From NCBI RefSeq assembly GCF_009914755.1, contig NC_060926.1: DNA of 64,000 nucleotides, one strand, 5' to 3'. The stretch's first letter is position 1. Each line of letters opens with the position of its first letter. This document shows positions 1-14,520 of the stretch, one piece after another. The notes under the pieces were generated by a model. The model did no database searches, was not told where the DNA came from, and worked only from the letters and a program-made list of their open reading frames with translations. The translations under genes were made by a program, and so were the position numbers. The stretch comes from the human T2T-CHM13v2.0 reference genome, Homo sapiens.

Positions 1-235
1 ATGGCCAGGCCTGGATGGCACTGCGCTTTAGCCTTCTAGAAAAGAAGGGAGGTGGAGCTCTTCAGGCTCCCTGAGAACTGCAGCAGAGGAGACTGCTCGC
101 TCGAGCAGGAGGTGGGAGAGGGCCCACACAGGAAACTTCCCCTGCCTCCTTGTCCTCTTCACTACCGGGGAATCACAGGGCCTGGGGTGAACTCTGGCCC
201 ACGGCCTTTAGTGCTGATGTATTAATTCATTTAAG

Positions 236-342
236 GGACACCCCGCTTGACAGGTGTGGGAAACTGATGTACAGACAGTTTTAAGTGACTTGCCCAGGGC
301 CACACACTAGTGCACAGCAAACCAGAACCCTGGCATCCTAAC
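236..342 (-). mobile_element. MIR SINE fragment
   Basis: gaaactgatgtacagacagttttaagtgacttgcccagggccacacactagt resembles the reverse complement of the MIR core. Confidence 0.65.
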
Positions 343-1688
343 CTGGCTGAACAGTGAGAGGAGGCTGGTCTTGCTGGAAACATCAGGGGCTGAAGGAGTG
401 TTATGGGGAGCTCACAGGTCACCCAGGGGGGTGCCTCAGGCTGGGTGTGGTCAGCAACACAGGGATTTGGGAGCAATGAGAGGGCCTGGGTCCTAACCTG
501 CCGTAGAGACCCAAGCATCCCTGAGGCCTCAGAACTTCTGCTCCGGAGTCGATGGTCTTCCAAAGCCAGCACTGGGGGCCTGCCCGACCCCTCGGCCTGC
601 TCTGTGTGGCTTGGGCTTTGGTTTCATTCCTGACCAAAGGCCAGGCCCCCCTGTAATTACTATTCGCTGAGAGCCTACAGCCCACAGCTCTCCGTGAATA
701 AAGTCACTTTTTCCTAAAAAGCTCCTGGGGCTGTGGCAGCAACCTAGATCTGCTCCCACAAAGCTGCTCAAGGCCGAGACGACAGCCCCAGAGGCACAGC
801 CAGGCCCCACCTCCCTTCCCAACAGCACCAGAAAAACAGGTGACGAGAGGGGAAGCCCGGCCAAGCCCAGCCTGCTGAGCACAGAGATGGAAACGACACA
901 TTCCTGAAACAGTATTTTCACTGCTAAAAATAAAAAGCTACAATTAATACCAGGTGTGCATTTTACTCCACTGTCTTTTTGTTTTTGTTTTTATGTAAAT
1001 CGGCTTTCACTTGCACCAAACTCAAAGCACCTTCCAAATCTACGTTTTCAAACTGCTTTCTTACTGGCAGAAAAAAAGTCTAAGTAGATGCATGCATAAT
1101 AAGGTATGAACTCAGCCCAAATCTGTGCCACTGAGAAGGGTGGTCCCTGCAGTTGGCAGGATCTTTCCCCAGCCTCCACCCCCCTGCAGGCATCTCCAGC
1201 ATCCCAGGGCTTCTCCGGGTCTGCTGGACCCGAGAACATTCTGATGGAGAAGGCGAGCGGGTGCTGCTGGAGGGCTGGCTGTCTCCATGCCCTCACCTCA
1301 TCCACGAACCTTGGAACCAGCCTGAGGGGACACTGGCGTAAGATGGGGACTACCTATAGTAGGAAGCTCTGCAGTCTCCAGTACCAGACTGCAGGATGGT
1401 ATTTGTCAGGAAAGCCTAATGAGAGTAATCTCCACCCAGAATCTCCTTTTAGGTTGTCTCACAGGACACTCAGATAGAAAGACCTGGTCTCTCCAAATTT
1501 CCAGTGTGGACTTAAGACACGAGAAGAAACAGGTAACACCTGGAGACAGGCAAAGTGGGGCAGTGGACGGGGCGTAGACTTGGGTGGGGTGTGAGTTCAG
1601 ACCCAGCGGGGTGACTCTGGAGAAGGTACCCTGGCCTCCATCTATCGGGGCGACAGCAGGATGTCTGCTTGTTGCAGGGCAACCGGAG

Positions 1689-1781
1689 CTCTGGGAGAAG
1701 GGCTGGCATGGGTGTGGCTGGTCTTCAACACAGGACTCTGGGAGAAGGGCTGGCATGGGTGTGGCTGGTCTTCATCACAGG
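1689..1781. repeat. Tandem duplication, 47-bp unit x2
   Basis: ctctgggagaagggctggcatgggtgtggctggtcttca occurs at 1689 and 1736. Confidence 0.92.
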
Positions 1782-4700
1782 GACAGGATGCACCCTCCAC
1801 GCGGGAGGGGCGGTGGCAGGGCCACGCAACATGGAGAATCACCGTCCAGGAGAGACAAGGCAAGGCTTCCTCGATGGAGCTGTACCCCCTGACCTCATGA
1901 GCTCCACACACTTCTGGGACAAAACAGCAGGCCCAGAAAAAGCTTTTCATCACCCAGGGTGATAAACCCAGTGATCAGGATGCCACGAGTGTGTCCAGGA
2001 GGGCGCAGGGCTGCAGGTTTTGGCATGTCCTGTTAGTTGAGCACCAGGAAGGCAAAGAGCATTGACAAGAAAGGAAGGGCCTGTCCACGCCGCCTGAGCA
2101 GCAGCAGACTGATCGCCGCACCTGGATGTAGGCTACGGGGTGCAGCACAGCCCAGGCAGCAAGCCCAGACTCCTGGGTGCTGGCAGCGCTGAGCGGAGCC
2201 TCAGCCCTACAGGCACACAGCCCTGCAGGGCTCCTGTGCCATAGGGTGGCAGGCAGAAGCTACCGCGAAAAGGCCAAGGGCCTGACCTGTCCACTGGTCC
2301 AGCAAGAGAGCGGGAAACACCAAGGGGAAGAGCTCAGTAAGCCCAGTGTGGATGCCTAGCCCTGGAGACTCCAAACCCCCAGCAAGTGGGTGCCCACCCA
2401 GCACAGACAAGGTGGACACAGGTGCACCTGGGAAGAATCCTCCCTGTCCCTTTTTAATAATAGAATTATTCTAGCAAAATCAGTGTCAGCTTCACACACG
2501 AGTCAAGGATAAAAATACGTTTGACCGTGCTCAGATTTAGAAAATTCCATTTTTTACTCTAACTAGAAGCCAAGAAGGCTCATTGGAAAATACAAAAATT
2601 ACACTTTCAGGATATAAGAAAGAAACCAAAGGACCTGCCTTTCCCTCCCTCCAGGATCACTAACCAGTATGAGTCCTGTGGTCTCGAAGCTGAACCGCTT
2701 TAACTGAAACAGACTTGGGTTCTAAAACATGCATGAACTGAACGTCCACGGTCTGACTGTCTTCTGTAAAAGGAGGGTGTGGTGACTGCCGTGGTGACTG
2801 CCAAGGCGACCACAGACAGTTGCCCATCCCTGACCCATAGTCCAGTAGGGAAAGACTTCACTGCAGCCTCCATCCCTCACCCCCAGCCCTGGCTGGGGAT
2901 TCCTCAGTCTGCAAAACCTTCTGTATGCAAAGCAGTGGAGATGAGGGACTGCGAGGTACTAACACAGACACGACACTAAAATGGAATTATCAGCTTCAAG
3001 GGATTCGAGTAGGACTCAGAAACACTCCCGCTTCATAAGGCACCAAGAAAATAGGAGCTGATTTGTTCTCCACTGAAGAGGGAGAAAGAAACACTGGCTT
3101 TCATTTCCTCAGCGCCCTTCCCACAGCTCCTGGTTAGGAGTCCGGGTCCAATGCATCCATCGAGCTCTCTCTCTTCCAAGGGAAATAAAAAGCTCTTCAT
3201 AGTGTAGGAGAATGAAGGGAAGAGAATTCGAACAATGAAGCAGATTCTGGTAAACCTCATATTCCTGTGTAAAGCAGGAGTCCTCATTTCTAAGCATCTA
3301 GCCTGGCGGCTTCTGTGAACCTGTGAGCTCCTCTCTGCGCAGGGCATCCTGCTGGCCGGCCGTGTCCCGGCGTCCCCATGCTGTGCAGGTGTAGTGACTG
3401 CAGATAGACAGCCGACCACAATGCTGACCACGATGCAGCGGCCCCTGTGCCCGGGCCACGGGCCCTCCAGTTCAGGCAGTGGTGACTCGGCCTGGGCTTT
3501 ATTAGAAAAGGCACCCTGAATACACAGGGCTCCGTAGGGAAGGTGTCTGTACTGCGGAGGGTTCGGGAACACAAACACGATTTCCCAGGCAGAATGTCAG
3601 GAACGGCAGGTAGCTGGCAGGCAGGCTGCGATGGGCCCAGGGAAATGGGCAGAGGGCTCTGATTCGGATCACGTCCAGTGAAACCGGCCCTTACAGTCTG
3701 CCATCTGCACTGCCAGCCCCTACGCTGGCCCAAGAACCCCTGCTTTCAGGGAAAAGAGGGTCCGTGGAGGGCTGCACCACTGAGGTGTGCTCAGGAAGGG
3801 CTTAGGGATGGACCAGGCGTCCCGGGCCTGGCACAGAGAGTCTGCCGCTTCTCGCCCTTCAACAGCCAGACCCTGGGAATGGGTCAGGTTTCAACCCTGC
3901 ATCCAACCCTCCAGGACAGAGGGCACCCCAAGTCTATCCTCTGGAGCTCCTATCAGGGCAGGTGCTGAGACCACGGAGGGGCCTCTGATGGCCCCTTCCT
4001 CTGTTTTCAGACACCAAAGCCTCTTAGGGTCCCCATTGCCCCCAACAGAGCTAACCCCTGCTACCTGGGTCAAAGAGCTAACTCAATGTCACAGGGAAGG
4101 TGTCTGTGCTCCTCCCTACCCCACCTGTCATCAAAGCTGATTGCTAGGGCCTCCCCACCTTCCCCCGTCCCTGAGCCGCCTCTGTCCCTCAGCACTGAAC
4201 TCCTGCAGGCACTCATCCTTCCGGCCTGGTCTCCCCACCCCACGTGGCTGGCAGGTGGCAAGGCCTACATTTAGGCCAGGGACTCAGGTGCCAGAGTCTG
4301 TACTCTGAGCTGCAAACCTCTACATACTGTCAGAACTCTGGAGAGGCAATATTTGAAGATAGATGGCTGACAATTTTCCAGAACTGGTGGGAGACATGCA
4401 TCTACAGACACAGAAAGCACAACGATGCATGAAAAAGCAGAATGGAATCAAGACAACTTCAAAGCGAAACAGCAGACCACTGAGACAGAGTTCAGAAGAC
4501 CCCGCAATATGGGCAACGTTATCCAACAAATGAAATGCAGTCACAGAAGCCAGGACCAGTGAGCCTCTGAGAACTAAGAGAAAGCCACTGTCAAGCTAGA
4601 ATCGCATTCACAGGGAAGCTATTCTGCAAGAAAGCTCAGGATATAAACATATACCAGGCTGAAAACTAAGAAAGTTTAAAAAACTCACCAGGAAGCAGTC

Positions 4701-4812
4701 AGGGGAGGATCAACAACATGGAGGTGGGCAGAGAAAGGGGGAGGGAAGAAAAGGTGAGCAAAGAACTGGGGGCTACGGAGAGAAATCTAAACAGACTTCA
4801 TCTGAACAACAC

Positions 4813-4903
4813 AGGAAGAAGAAGAAAGAAGAAGGAAGAGGAGGAGGAGGAGGAGGGGAGGACGAGGAGGAAGGGAGAAGAACAAAGAAGGAAGAAGGAA
4901 GAA
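4813..4903. repeat. GA-rich low-complexity tract (GAA/GAG)n
   Basis: ggaagaagaagaaagaagaaggaagaggaggaggaggaggagggg... Confidence 0.9.
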
Positions 4904-5198
4904 GTTTACCTAACTTGTGGGGTTGAAGTGAAGGAAAATTTAAATAGTAGAGAACGGCAAGAGGTGAATGGGGAAGGGGTGCTCAGTGTTAAAGTGTCTG
5001 TAACCCACGTGTTGTAGAGGTCAGGGACATAAAATAGGGACTTTAGACATTTTAAGCTCATGCAGTAACGTTTCACCTTAACTGCCAGGAATAAAGCACA
5101 TCACCTCCAAAGCAGCGGTCAGGTTGGGGCAGGATCCATCAGAAAGAATTTTAAGGAGAAGAAAGAAATAATTTGTTGGATAACGAATATGGCTGTTA

Positions 5199-5512
5199 GT
5201 TACACCCAGTGGCTTACGCCTGCAATCCCACACTTTGGGAGGCTGAGGCAGGTGGATCACTTGAGCCCAGGAGTTCAAGACCAGCCTGTGAGGCATAGCA
5301 AAACCCCATCTCTACAAAAGCTACAAAAAATAGCCAAGTGTGGTGGTGCATGCCTGTGGTTCCAGCTACTCAGGAGGCTGAGGCGGGAAGATGGCCTGAG
5401 CGTGGGAGGCAGAGGCTGCAGTGAGCTGAGATTGCACCACTGCACTCCAGCCTGGGCAAAAGAGCAAAAACCTGCCTCAAAAAAAAAGAAAGTAATTAAA
5501 TAAATGTTTTAA
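5199..5512 (+). mobile_element. Alu SINE, AluJ-like
   Basis: Dimeric Alu with cttgagcccaggagttc and ggctgcagtgagc (J-type). TSD aata(t/c)ggctgtta at 5186-5198 and 5513-5525. Confidence 0.93.
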
Positions 5513-5525
5513 AATACGGCTGTTA

Positions 5526-5570
5526 TATACATGCACACATACGTGCACACACACACACACACACACACAT
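5526..5570. repeat. (CA)n microsatellite
   Basis: tacatgcacacatacgtgcacacacacacacacacacacacacat. Confidence 0.9.
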
Positions 5571-7191
5571 GGGTATGGCTGGTTGCCTCCCAAAAGAGGT
5601 GCACCATTGCATCTATAAAGTCTTACCAAAAATAACCAAGCTTGAATCTGATCAAACCTCTAGATCTAACTGCCAATTTATAGGAAATCCAGGCAACAAA
5701 GGAACATTTTAAATGACATGACAGGGCTAAAATCAAGTAAAATTTAGAACCTAGGAAGGAAAACTCTGTGGGACAAACAATACAGTGTCTTCAACAGATA
5801 AATCTCAAGGACTGAAAAAAAAAAAAAAGGTAGGAAGAAGAAACCTAGAGATTAACTGAGGACTTCATGACAGGTGCCAATCACAGTGTATGAACACTGC
5901 TTGGACCCAGAGACTCCTGGTACCAAAAGTCAAACCACAAACTAAAAAAGTGATTTTAAACACCATCAGGGATATATCAACATTGGGTAAAAATCTGCTA
6001 ATAATAAAGAATGGTTCATCTTGTCTAAATATGTACATCATCAATGCAGTAAAAGAGTCCCTATCTTTTAGAGAGCTAGGCACTAGAATGTTATTGATGA
6101 AATGACATGGTGACTGGGGTCTGATTCTGAAAGACTGAGAGGCTGGGGATGGGAGGGAGGCCTAAACGCAAGTACTGGAGGGACTGCCCTGGCCTAAGCC
6201 ACCTGACCACGCCCCAGGGCTCACTCCACCTGCTCTCCCCACCGCTGGGTATGCCTGTAATTCTCTACAATAGAAAGTTCAATTTCAAAAAAAAAAAAAT
6301 TTCTAAATATCTATGGGCCAAAGAAGAAGCCATAACAGTTAAAAAGAATAAGAATGAAAAAAATACATACAAAATCTTGTAAGATTCTGTTTACTATAAT
6401 TAGAGGAAACTTGGTAGCCTTAAATACTTATTATGACAATAATAATACGAACTGAAAGACGAGATATATCTTTAAGAAATTAGAAAAGCAACAGTAGAAC
6501 AAATCCAAAGAAAACAGATGAAAGCAGATAATACATAAATGAAATGAAATGTAATCATTACATACACTCATATACACCAAAATAATTTTAAAAAGTGATT
6601 CTCTCAAAAGACCAATACAAGACAAACTTCTGTTATGAGTGATTTAGAAAATAAAAAGAATAGGCACAAATTAAAAAACATTAGGAGTTTAATCACCTAG
6701 CCTCAGATATGGCAGAGATTTAAAAAATAAAAAAATACAAAGGAACAACTTGAGGCCAGTAAGTTTTAAAACTTACATGAAGTAGACACATTTCTAGAAA
6801 AACATTCCAAAGTTGACAAAAAATAAATAGAAAACAGAATTAACCCTATAATCATGAACTAAATTGAATTAATACTTTAAAATCTTTTCACAAAAATCAT
6901 TTTAAAGGCAGCGACAGCCACGTTTCAACTAATGGATCATGCAACTTTAAACAAACTCTTCAAGAGAATGCAAAGGGCAGGCAGGATCCTGAGCCAATCC
7001 TATGAGGGGAGAATAAATATCCTTTTAAAAGAACTGGGCAAAGTATAAAAAAGACAGAAAAATTACAGTCTTGGTCATAAATACAGTCACAAAAATCTCA
7101 AATAAACTATGAGCAAGCTTAATCTAATAGTCTATAGAAAAGACAGCAGACCAATACACCTGGTGTTTTAACACAAGAAAACACAAGAAAA

Positions 7192-7560
<369 letters not shown>

Positions 7561-8036
7561 TTATGATCATCTTCAGAATGAAAGTAAGTATATGTTAAAA
7601 TCCAGCTATTCATTATAAAAGCTGTTAGCAAACTAGAAATAAAAGAGCGCTTCTTTAACCAAAAAAGAGTTATCTATTAAAAGGTCCCAGCAAATATTGC
7701 TTTTAATGGTGAATCCTGAAAAAGCTGATGTAATGATACAGGCACAAAGGGAGGGAACACAACTCCTGATCCAGACTCCAAGGCTACAGATACTGAGCTC
7801 CTCCCACCCCCACCACCTGCAAAGAGAAGAATGACAGGGAAGTCAATAGAGCTAATAAGGAAATGTAATACGGTGTTAGATAAGATCAACATAGAAATCC
7901 AATTCCACTTCAACATACTGCAACAAGCAGAAAACCTAACATAAGAAACAAAAAAAATACAAGGCACCTAGAAGTATTTCTAACAAAAAATGAGAACGAC
8001 CTTTATGGATAAAAATTATAAAATATATTGAAAGAC

Positions 8037-8336
8037 TTTTTTTCTTTGTTTGAGACAGGTTCTCACTCTGTCACCCAGGCTGGAGTGCAGTGGCACGATC
8101 ATGGCTCATCGCAGTCTCCACCTCCTGGGCGATCCTCCCACCTTAGCCCCTCAAGTAGCTGAGACTACAGAGGCGCGCCATCACGCATGGCTAGTTTACG
8201 TATTATTATTTTTTAAAGAGGGGGTTTCGCCATGTTGCTCAGGCTGGTCTTGAACTCCTGAGCTCAAGCAATTCATTTGCCCCAGCCTCCCAAAGTGCTA
8301 GGATTACAGGTGTGATCAGGCCACTGTGCCTGGCCC
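8037..8336 (-). mobile_element. Alu SINE, AluJ-like
   Basis: Reverse Alu (tgagacaggttctcactctgtcacccaggctggagtgcagtgg ... ccactgtgcctggcc). TSD tgaaagac at 8029-8036 and 8337-8344. Confidence 0.93.
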
Positions 8337-11300
8337 TGAAAGACATTTTTAAATGGTCTAAATAAATGGCAAGATAGCTCGTATTCAAGGATAGGAAGAC
8401 TTACTATTCTAAAGATAGTGATTCTCTCCAAACGGAACTACAGGTCCAGTGCAAGGTAGTTCATGATCTTAAAAGCTGAATATAAAACTACATGGAAGAA
8501 GAACTGAGAAGTAGTTGAGGTGGTCCCAAAGAGGGTAGATGCAGGTCCTTTGCAGATTACTGTGGAAAAAACAGGGTGTTCCACAAATGCAGCTGGGACA
8601 AACACTTATCCTGCTATTCTACGGGGAACAAAAAGATGGGATTCGTCCCTATTCACACCACAGGCCAAAATGGATTCCATGTGGATTAAGACTCAAATGT
8701 GAAAGACAAAATGTTGAAATTTTTAGCAGACACTATTGGAAAATATCCTTGGAATAGAAAACTCAAGATGTGAAAAGTGCTTCTTACGACAAAATATGAC
8801 GTTGTTACATCTGACTACATTTAAATTAAAATTTTCTGCTCACTAGACAGCCTTAAAAAGTGAAAGGCTGAATCTCAGAGGAGCTACTTTAACACAGCAA
8901 CTGACAAAGGACCTGTATCCGTAACATGTAAGTAACTCCTATAAAGCCGCCAGAAGGAGAGAATTCCAAAGAACAGCAGAAGGTATGAATGGGTTGGTCA
9001 CAGAAGACCCTGACAGCAGGGGAAACAAAGGATCAAACGCTGGACCATGTTAGTGAGGGCGGAAAGGCAAATCAGACCCCTGGAGACACCACTTTACGCC
9101 CACCGACCCAACTACGGGTGGAGAGGCAGGCAGCGGGGGCGTGGGAGCAGCAGCAGCATGAATGAGACGGGGCCTTCTAGAACAGTGGGCTTTCTCATAG
9201 ACAGCCGAATCTCGCTTTCGTGACCCAGCAACAAGCCCTCTCCTTAGGACAGCCACCCTTGAAAAATTCCTGCACGTCTACACAAGGAGAATGGTACAAG
9301 GATATTCATTATAGCAGCATTAACTACAAACCGCCCAAATATCAACAGAGCAACAGATAAACAGTGGAATATTGAGAGTGTAGAATTGTATCTGGCATGA
9401 AAGTGAACGAATCCCAGCCATGTGGAATGACGTAAATGAATCTTAGAAACAATGCTGAGTTAAAAAAACACAAAAAACAAAAACAAAAATAAACAAGCTG
9501 CAGAAAACGACGTCAGTATGATTTCGATTATTAAAAGCTTGGAAAAGCAAATCCAAACCGTATGCTGACTGAGGAAGCATACTTACACGGCAAAACTAGT
9601 TTTTTAAAGAAAGTAACTCAGTGCTAAACCCTATTCTCAGCGTTGTGTTTTGGGGAGTGGTGAATGGCTTTACTACAAACGTGTACATTTATTACCCGGC
9701 CTGTGAGCACAACGGCTTGGGGCTCCCTTGGAGGAGACCGGCCCTGCTTAAACCAGCACAGGGAAATGTCTTGCCCCACTTCCACCAAAAGTGACTCGCT
9801 TGTGACACAAGGTCCCCTTTATATTATCATAATAAAGGAGGAAACGCCAGTTTAGAGGACAGAGTGACGGCACAAAATCCTACCATCCTGAATTCCTGGT
9901 GACAGAGGACACTCAACAGGTGGGATAAGAACATTTATACAATGACCTGCTTGGGATCTGAGCCTGGAACGCGGCTGAGACCAGAACCCTCTCGAGTGAA
10001 AACCAACCAGCTCCTGCGGCACCTTCCACGGGACAAGGACGAAAAAGCACTATTCCTTCGCCGGCCAACTCTTAAAGGGGATTTATGGCATGAACCTGAT
10101 CACAGAAAACACACTCCACAAACACTGAGGGTCCTTTACACATGCCATCCTAAAAGAAGGTGGATGCTGGCCTGTCCTGCTTTACTGGACAGTATTTGAA
10201 AGGCTGGATGAAGCAATCTTAAACGTTACAATACCTGCAGATCAGAAGCCTGACTGCAGGGTAAAATCACCTAGCTTTCATGCATCGAAAATCACTTTCT
10301 CACAAAAAGATTCACTTACATTCCATTTTAAATGGATCTATTCAAAAATTTAAACAAAAATGTCTGACAGAAGAAAATATATTATTTCTTTCATCCTATT
10401 TTTAATATTATAAACAGAATTGTTGCCCTCACAATACAAAATCACTAAGCAGTATAAAAGCCAGCTTCCAGAATGCTGGAAAGAATTGGGCTCTGCCCTT
10501 CCTGAGAGCCCTGCCCCGTGCTTCTCCTGGGGGCCGAAAGTCCTGGTTGCTAACGGTGATGGTCCCCAGGGTGGTCCGGGCCCCTGCACACATCTTGACT
10601 GGGTTTAGTCAAATGAGGATGAAGAAATCCCCAGCACTGAGTTTTATCTTGAGATAAAAGAAACATCAAAGGAATCTGCATTTGAAATTGCCATTCCGTT
10701 AGTTTCTCACCTCACTTGGCTTAACTTGAATGATATGGTTGCCAGCCAACACCAGACTCCAATTCTTGGGACTTTGTCTGAAGCAAGGGCTGTGGTTTCT
10801 AAACCCAATGATTCAAAAGCTGAAGCTGCAGACACACCTTTAAATCCCAGGCAGTGACTTTTCCACTTTGCTTTCACTGAGCTGTCAGATGTTCTTAAGC
10901 CATATAACATATTCCCCAGAATCCAGCATCTTAAACTGTCTTCAAGGACTGCTATAACTGATCATGCCTTTGCTTTCAAAAATAAGCCCCGAAAAAAAGG
11001 ACAAAAACAAACAATCCAGAGGTAGTGGCACCACGCGCCACCGAGGAGCTTCCTCGAGAGCAGTCCCGTGCCCTGCAGACGCTGAATTTAGACTTCAGCG
11101 TGAAGGTACAAAGGGTTCCATTCTCCTTAGCTGACTATTTCATCAAAAGCACAGGGTCACTTTTTAGAAAACATCCCTTAAGTGAAAAATGCTGTTGAAG
11201 ACTTTGCTCTAATGTGACCGATGGGAAGGTTGGGAAAACGATGTTCTGTCTCACTAAAATTTTAATCTGTAAGCCCAATGATAAGCATTTTTACAAAGAA

Positions 11301-13054
11301 ACAGATAAAAGTGATGTGAACTGGGATGCTTTAGATTTCTAGAGTATTCTTAGGAGCCAAAATCATCTCTAACCTTAATTGTGAGACTTGGTTGAAAGGG
11401 TCTTTCTACCCACGGCCTCCTGGCTGAGCTGGGCGGGCAGGGGGCATTTCCCTCTTGACATTTAAAGAATTGCTTCCTGTAAAGAACACAGGCTAGGGCA
11501 CTGACCCGACTCCCTCAACCCCATTCTAAAAGCAGTTTAAAAAAAAGAAGAAAAAAGGAAAAAAGATATAAATCTCTCCAAAAACACAGATCCCACAAGC
11601 AGACAGCAGCCATAGAATTCTGGAAGCCAGTCGGGGGCTGGCTGACCAGAGAGCTGAAGCCAGGCTGGTCTGAAGGCCAGAATGGCCCAGGGAAGGCTGA
11701 GCTATAAAGAGCATGTGACCCCTCATCCCTTCTGCCCCCCATACAGGGACCAACCCCATTCCCCCAGAATTCCCCAGGCTTGGTGCTATCAGGCTGAGGG
11801 CAGGAGCGCCAGCATGGGCAGTAAACAGGGGCAGTGAGAGCTGACATGCCAAGGGGTGAGGCTGTGTGAGCCAGGCCTGGACTCCAGGGAGGAGCTGAGA
11901 GGGTCCTCTCTGGGCTAAGAGAACAGGACAACAGGCAGTGGCATCCAGGACCACCAGGAAGTGATCAGGTCCCTGTCTGCCACCTGGCCAGGAAGATAAG
12001 CAGTCAACATGCCCCGCCCAGCTTGTTAGAGACTCACTCTTAGACGCTGGCCAGCCAGGATCACCAAACATTTGGGAAAGACTCTAATTTGAAAAACAGA
12101 AAAGCAGACCAAAACAAAGGCCCCCTCTAGCCTCTGTACCCACGTGGGTTCCAGTCTGTTGACTTGTTCACTTCTTTACTGTCTGCCCCTCCCTGCAATC
12201 GCCCAGGAAAACGCAAAGCTGGAGGAGGTGTGGCATCTGGGTTGCTCTCTCTGGTCCCGCCAGTACCCAGAGCTGTCCCCAGAATATGAGACGGCCACGA
12301 TGCTGGAAGGAAGGACAAGAATGAGGAGGAGGAGGGCTTAGCACAGCTCATCAGTCCCATAACAGCAAAGTAAGGGCCAGGGAGGGGCGGGCGGGGCCAC
12401 AGCCACAAGGACAGATGCTGGGTAGCCAGGAGGAATGCTGAAGGGTGAGCCGTGGCGGATGCTGAAAAAGAACGCACTCAGCAACGGCCATGAGGTTTCT
12501 TTAAACCCAACAGCACAACTCAGCGGTGCCCGCGCCCCTCATTCCCTGCTCGCTGAAGACTGCTACTCAAGTTCAACCACTCACTGGAGGATTGAGCTCT
12601 CCACAAGAAACTTCTGGACCCTACACAAACAAGCCTGCTGCTGTTGCTACTGCATCTGGAATTCACTCGGGTTCTGGAGGCCCATCTATTGTCTATCCCC
12701 AAAAGCCTGCATCTGCATAGTCACACCAGCTTGTGTTTTTCCAGCTCGGAGAGTGGCCGGAGCCACTACCCAACTCCAGCAACAAAACTCCTGATGTGCT
12801 TACGCTGGAAAACCCAGCATCAGGGTTCCCAGGAGAAAAACCAAGGGGAGACGCACAGGACAGCCCACATTCAGCACACACTGAAATAAAAGCATGGAAC
12901 ACACACTGCCTGACAGGGACAGAGTGAGCCTTCATCTCCAGCTCCCTGGAGCGCTTGCAGTGCACAGGGCAGGGCCTGCCCTCCATGAGTACACAGCTGG
13001 ATGAGGGGGACCCGCAAGAAAGCAGAAAGCTATGCAAAGCATGTGCCTAACCGC

Positions 13055-13160
13055 CTGCTAGTCCCCATTTCACAGATGTGGAAAACTGAGGCAGGGAGGT
13101 AGAGAAACCTGCCTAGGTCACATGGTTGGGAGTGAAAAGCTGAGTCTGGCTGACATAAAG
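13055..13160 (-). mobile_element. MIR SINE fragment
   Basis: ccccatttcacagatgtggaaaactgaggcagggaggtagagaaacctgcctaggtcaca matches the MIR core. Confidence 0.75.
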
Positions 13161-13177
13161 TTGACAGGCTCACTCTG

Positions 13178-13671
13178 GGTGTTAGCTTCTTGTGCTTGAT
13201 GTGTGTGACACGTTACTATAAACTCAATGGCTTGAAACAACGTATGTTTATTATCTTACAGTTCCGGAGGCCAGAGTCTGACATGGGGTTTACGGAGCGA
13301 AAGTCAGAAAGCCAGCAGGGCTGTGCTTCTTCTGCAGGCTCCAGGGGAGAATCTGCTCCTGGCCTTCTCTAGCTTCCGGAGGCTGCCATGTCCCCTGGCT
13401 CCTGGTCCCTTCTCTCCTCAACACCAGCACCTGCATGGCCCTGTCGACACTCTGTCTGCATACCTCCTCTGACTCCGATCCTCTTGATTTCTTCCTTAAA
13501 GAACCCTCGTGAAGACAAAGGGCCCACCCTGATGATCCAGGACAACCTCCTCATCTCCAGTGAGTAACAACCCCATCTGCAGAGCTCCTTTGGCCGGGTA
13601 AGGTTACACAGTCACAGGGGCTGAGGATTAGCTGAGGGACATTTCGGGGGTTCCATTATTCTGTCAACCGC
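13178..13671 (-). mobile_element. MLT1-family (ERVL-MaLR) solo LTR
   Basis: Hallmarks aatggcttgaaacaac..tttattatcttacagttccggaggccagagtctga, gggcccaccctgatgatccaggacaacctcctcatctc, ggggttccattattctg. Confidence 0.82.
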
Positions 13672-13959
13672 ACTCTGGCTCCTTGGCCGAGATCAGACTA
13701 GAGGGGCAAGAACAGAATTGGGGCCAGGTGAGGAGGCACCTGCAACAGCCACATGGGTGACACCTGTGGCTCGCCACGCGTGGCAATGCTGGAGCTGTGA
13801 GCAGCCGCCAGGCTCAGCACACGTGTTGATAGCTTTAAAGAGGTATATTTTACACTCTGCCCTTCTCAAATGTACAATCCAACAATCTTTTAGTAGATTT
13901 ACCAAGATTTTAGAACATTTTCACATTTGACTGGGACCCTTCCCTCTGCACACACTTTA

Positions 13960-14520
13960 ATGGGCAGCTGCCAGTGCTGGCTGACAGGCCATGCATGGGA
14001 CTGGAGAGAAATAGGAGTCAAGGGGACTCTTGGGATCCTGAGCCCGGAGGTTGCCCTGAGTAGGAGAGGCCGCGGGAGAAGCAAGTTTGCAGGGGAAGAT
14101 CAGGAGCCTGCTTTCAAACTTGCTGAGTCTGAGAACGCCCAGCTGGGGATCGACGGCAAGCAGGCTCTAGGATCTGGAAGGCAGGTGAGATCCAGGCGGG
14201 AGCAGACATTCGAGCGGCAGAATCAAGATGGTGTTGTGATCTATGATTTGACTGGATGAGGCCAGGATATCACCAAGGGAATGACTCAGTGGAAACAAGG
14301 AGTGGGCCGGAGACAAGCCCTGGGGCGCTTGGATGTGATGATGCTGGAGAGATAAGAAAAACCCACCAAGGCACCTGAGGACTGGTGGCCGGGGCGGGGG
14401 AAGGTACCAGGAGCATGTGGTGTGGTAAGGAGGTGCTTCCACCAAGTCAACACTGGTGAGAGGCCATGGGCTGAGGCCGGGCATGGAAGCTGGCAACAGG
14501 GAGTCACTGGTGACACGAAA
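13960..14520 (-). mobile_element. L2 LINE fragment
   Basis: Diverged similarity to reverse L2 (gaagatcaggagcctgctttcaaacttgctgagtctgag...gatatcaccaaggga...gccctgggg). Boundaries approximate. Confidence 0.55.
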
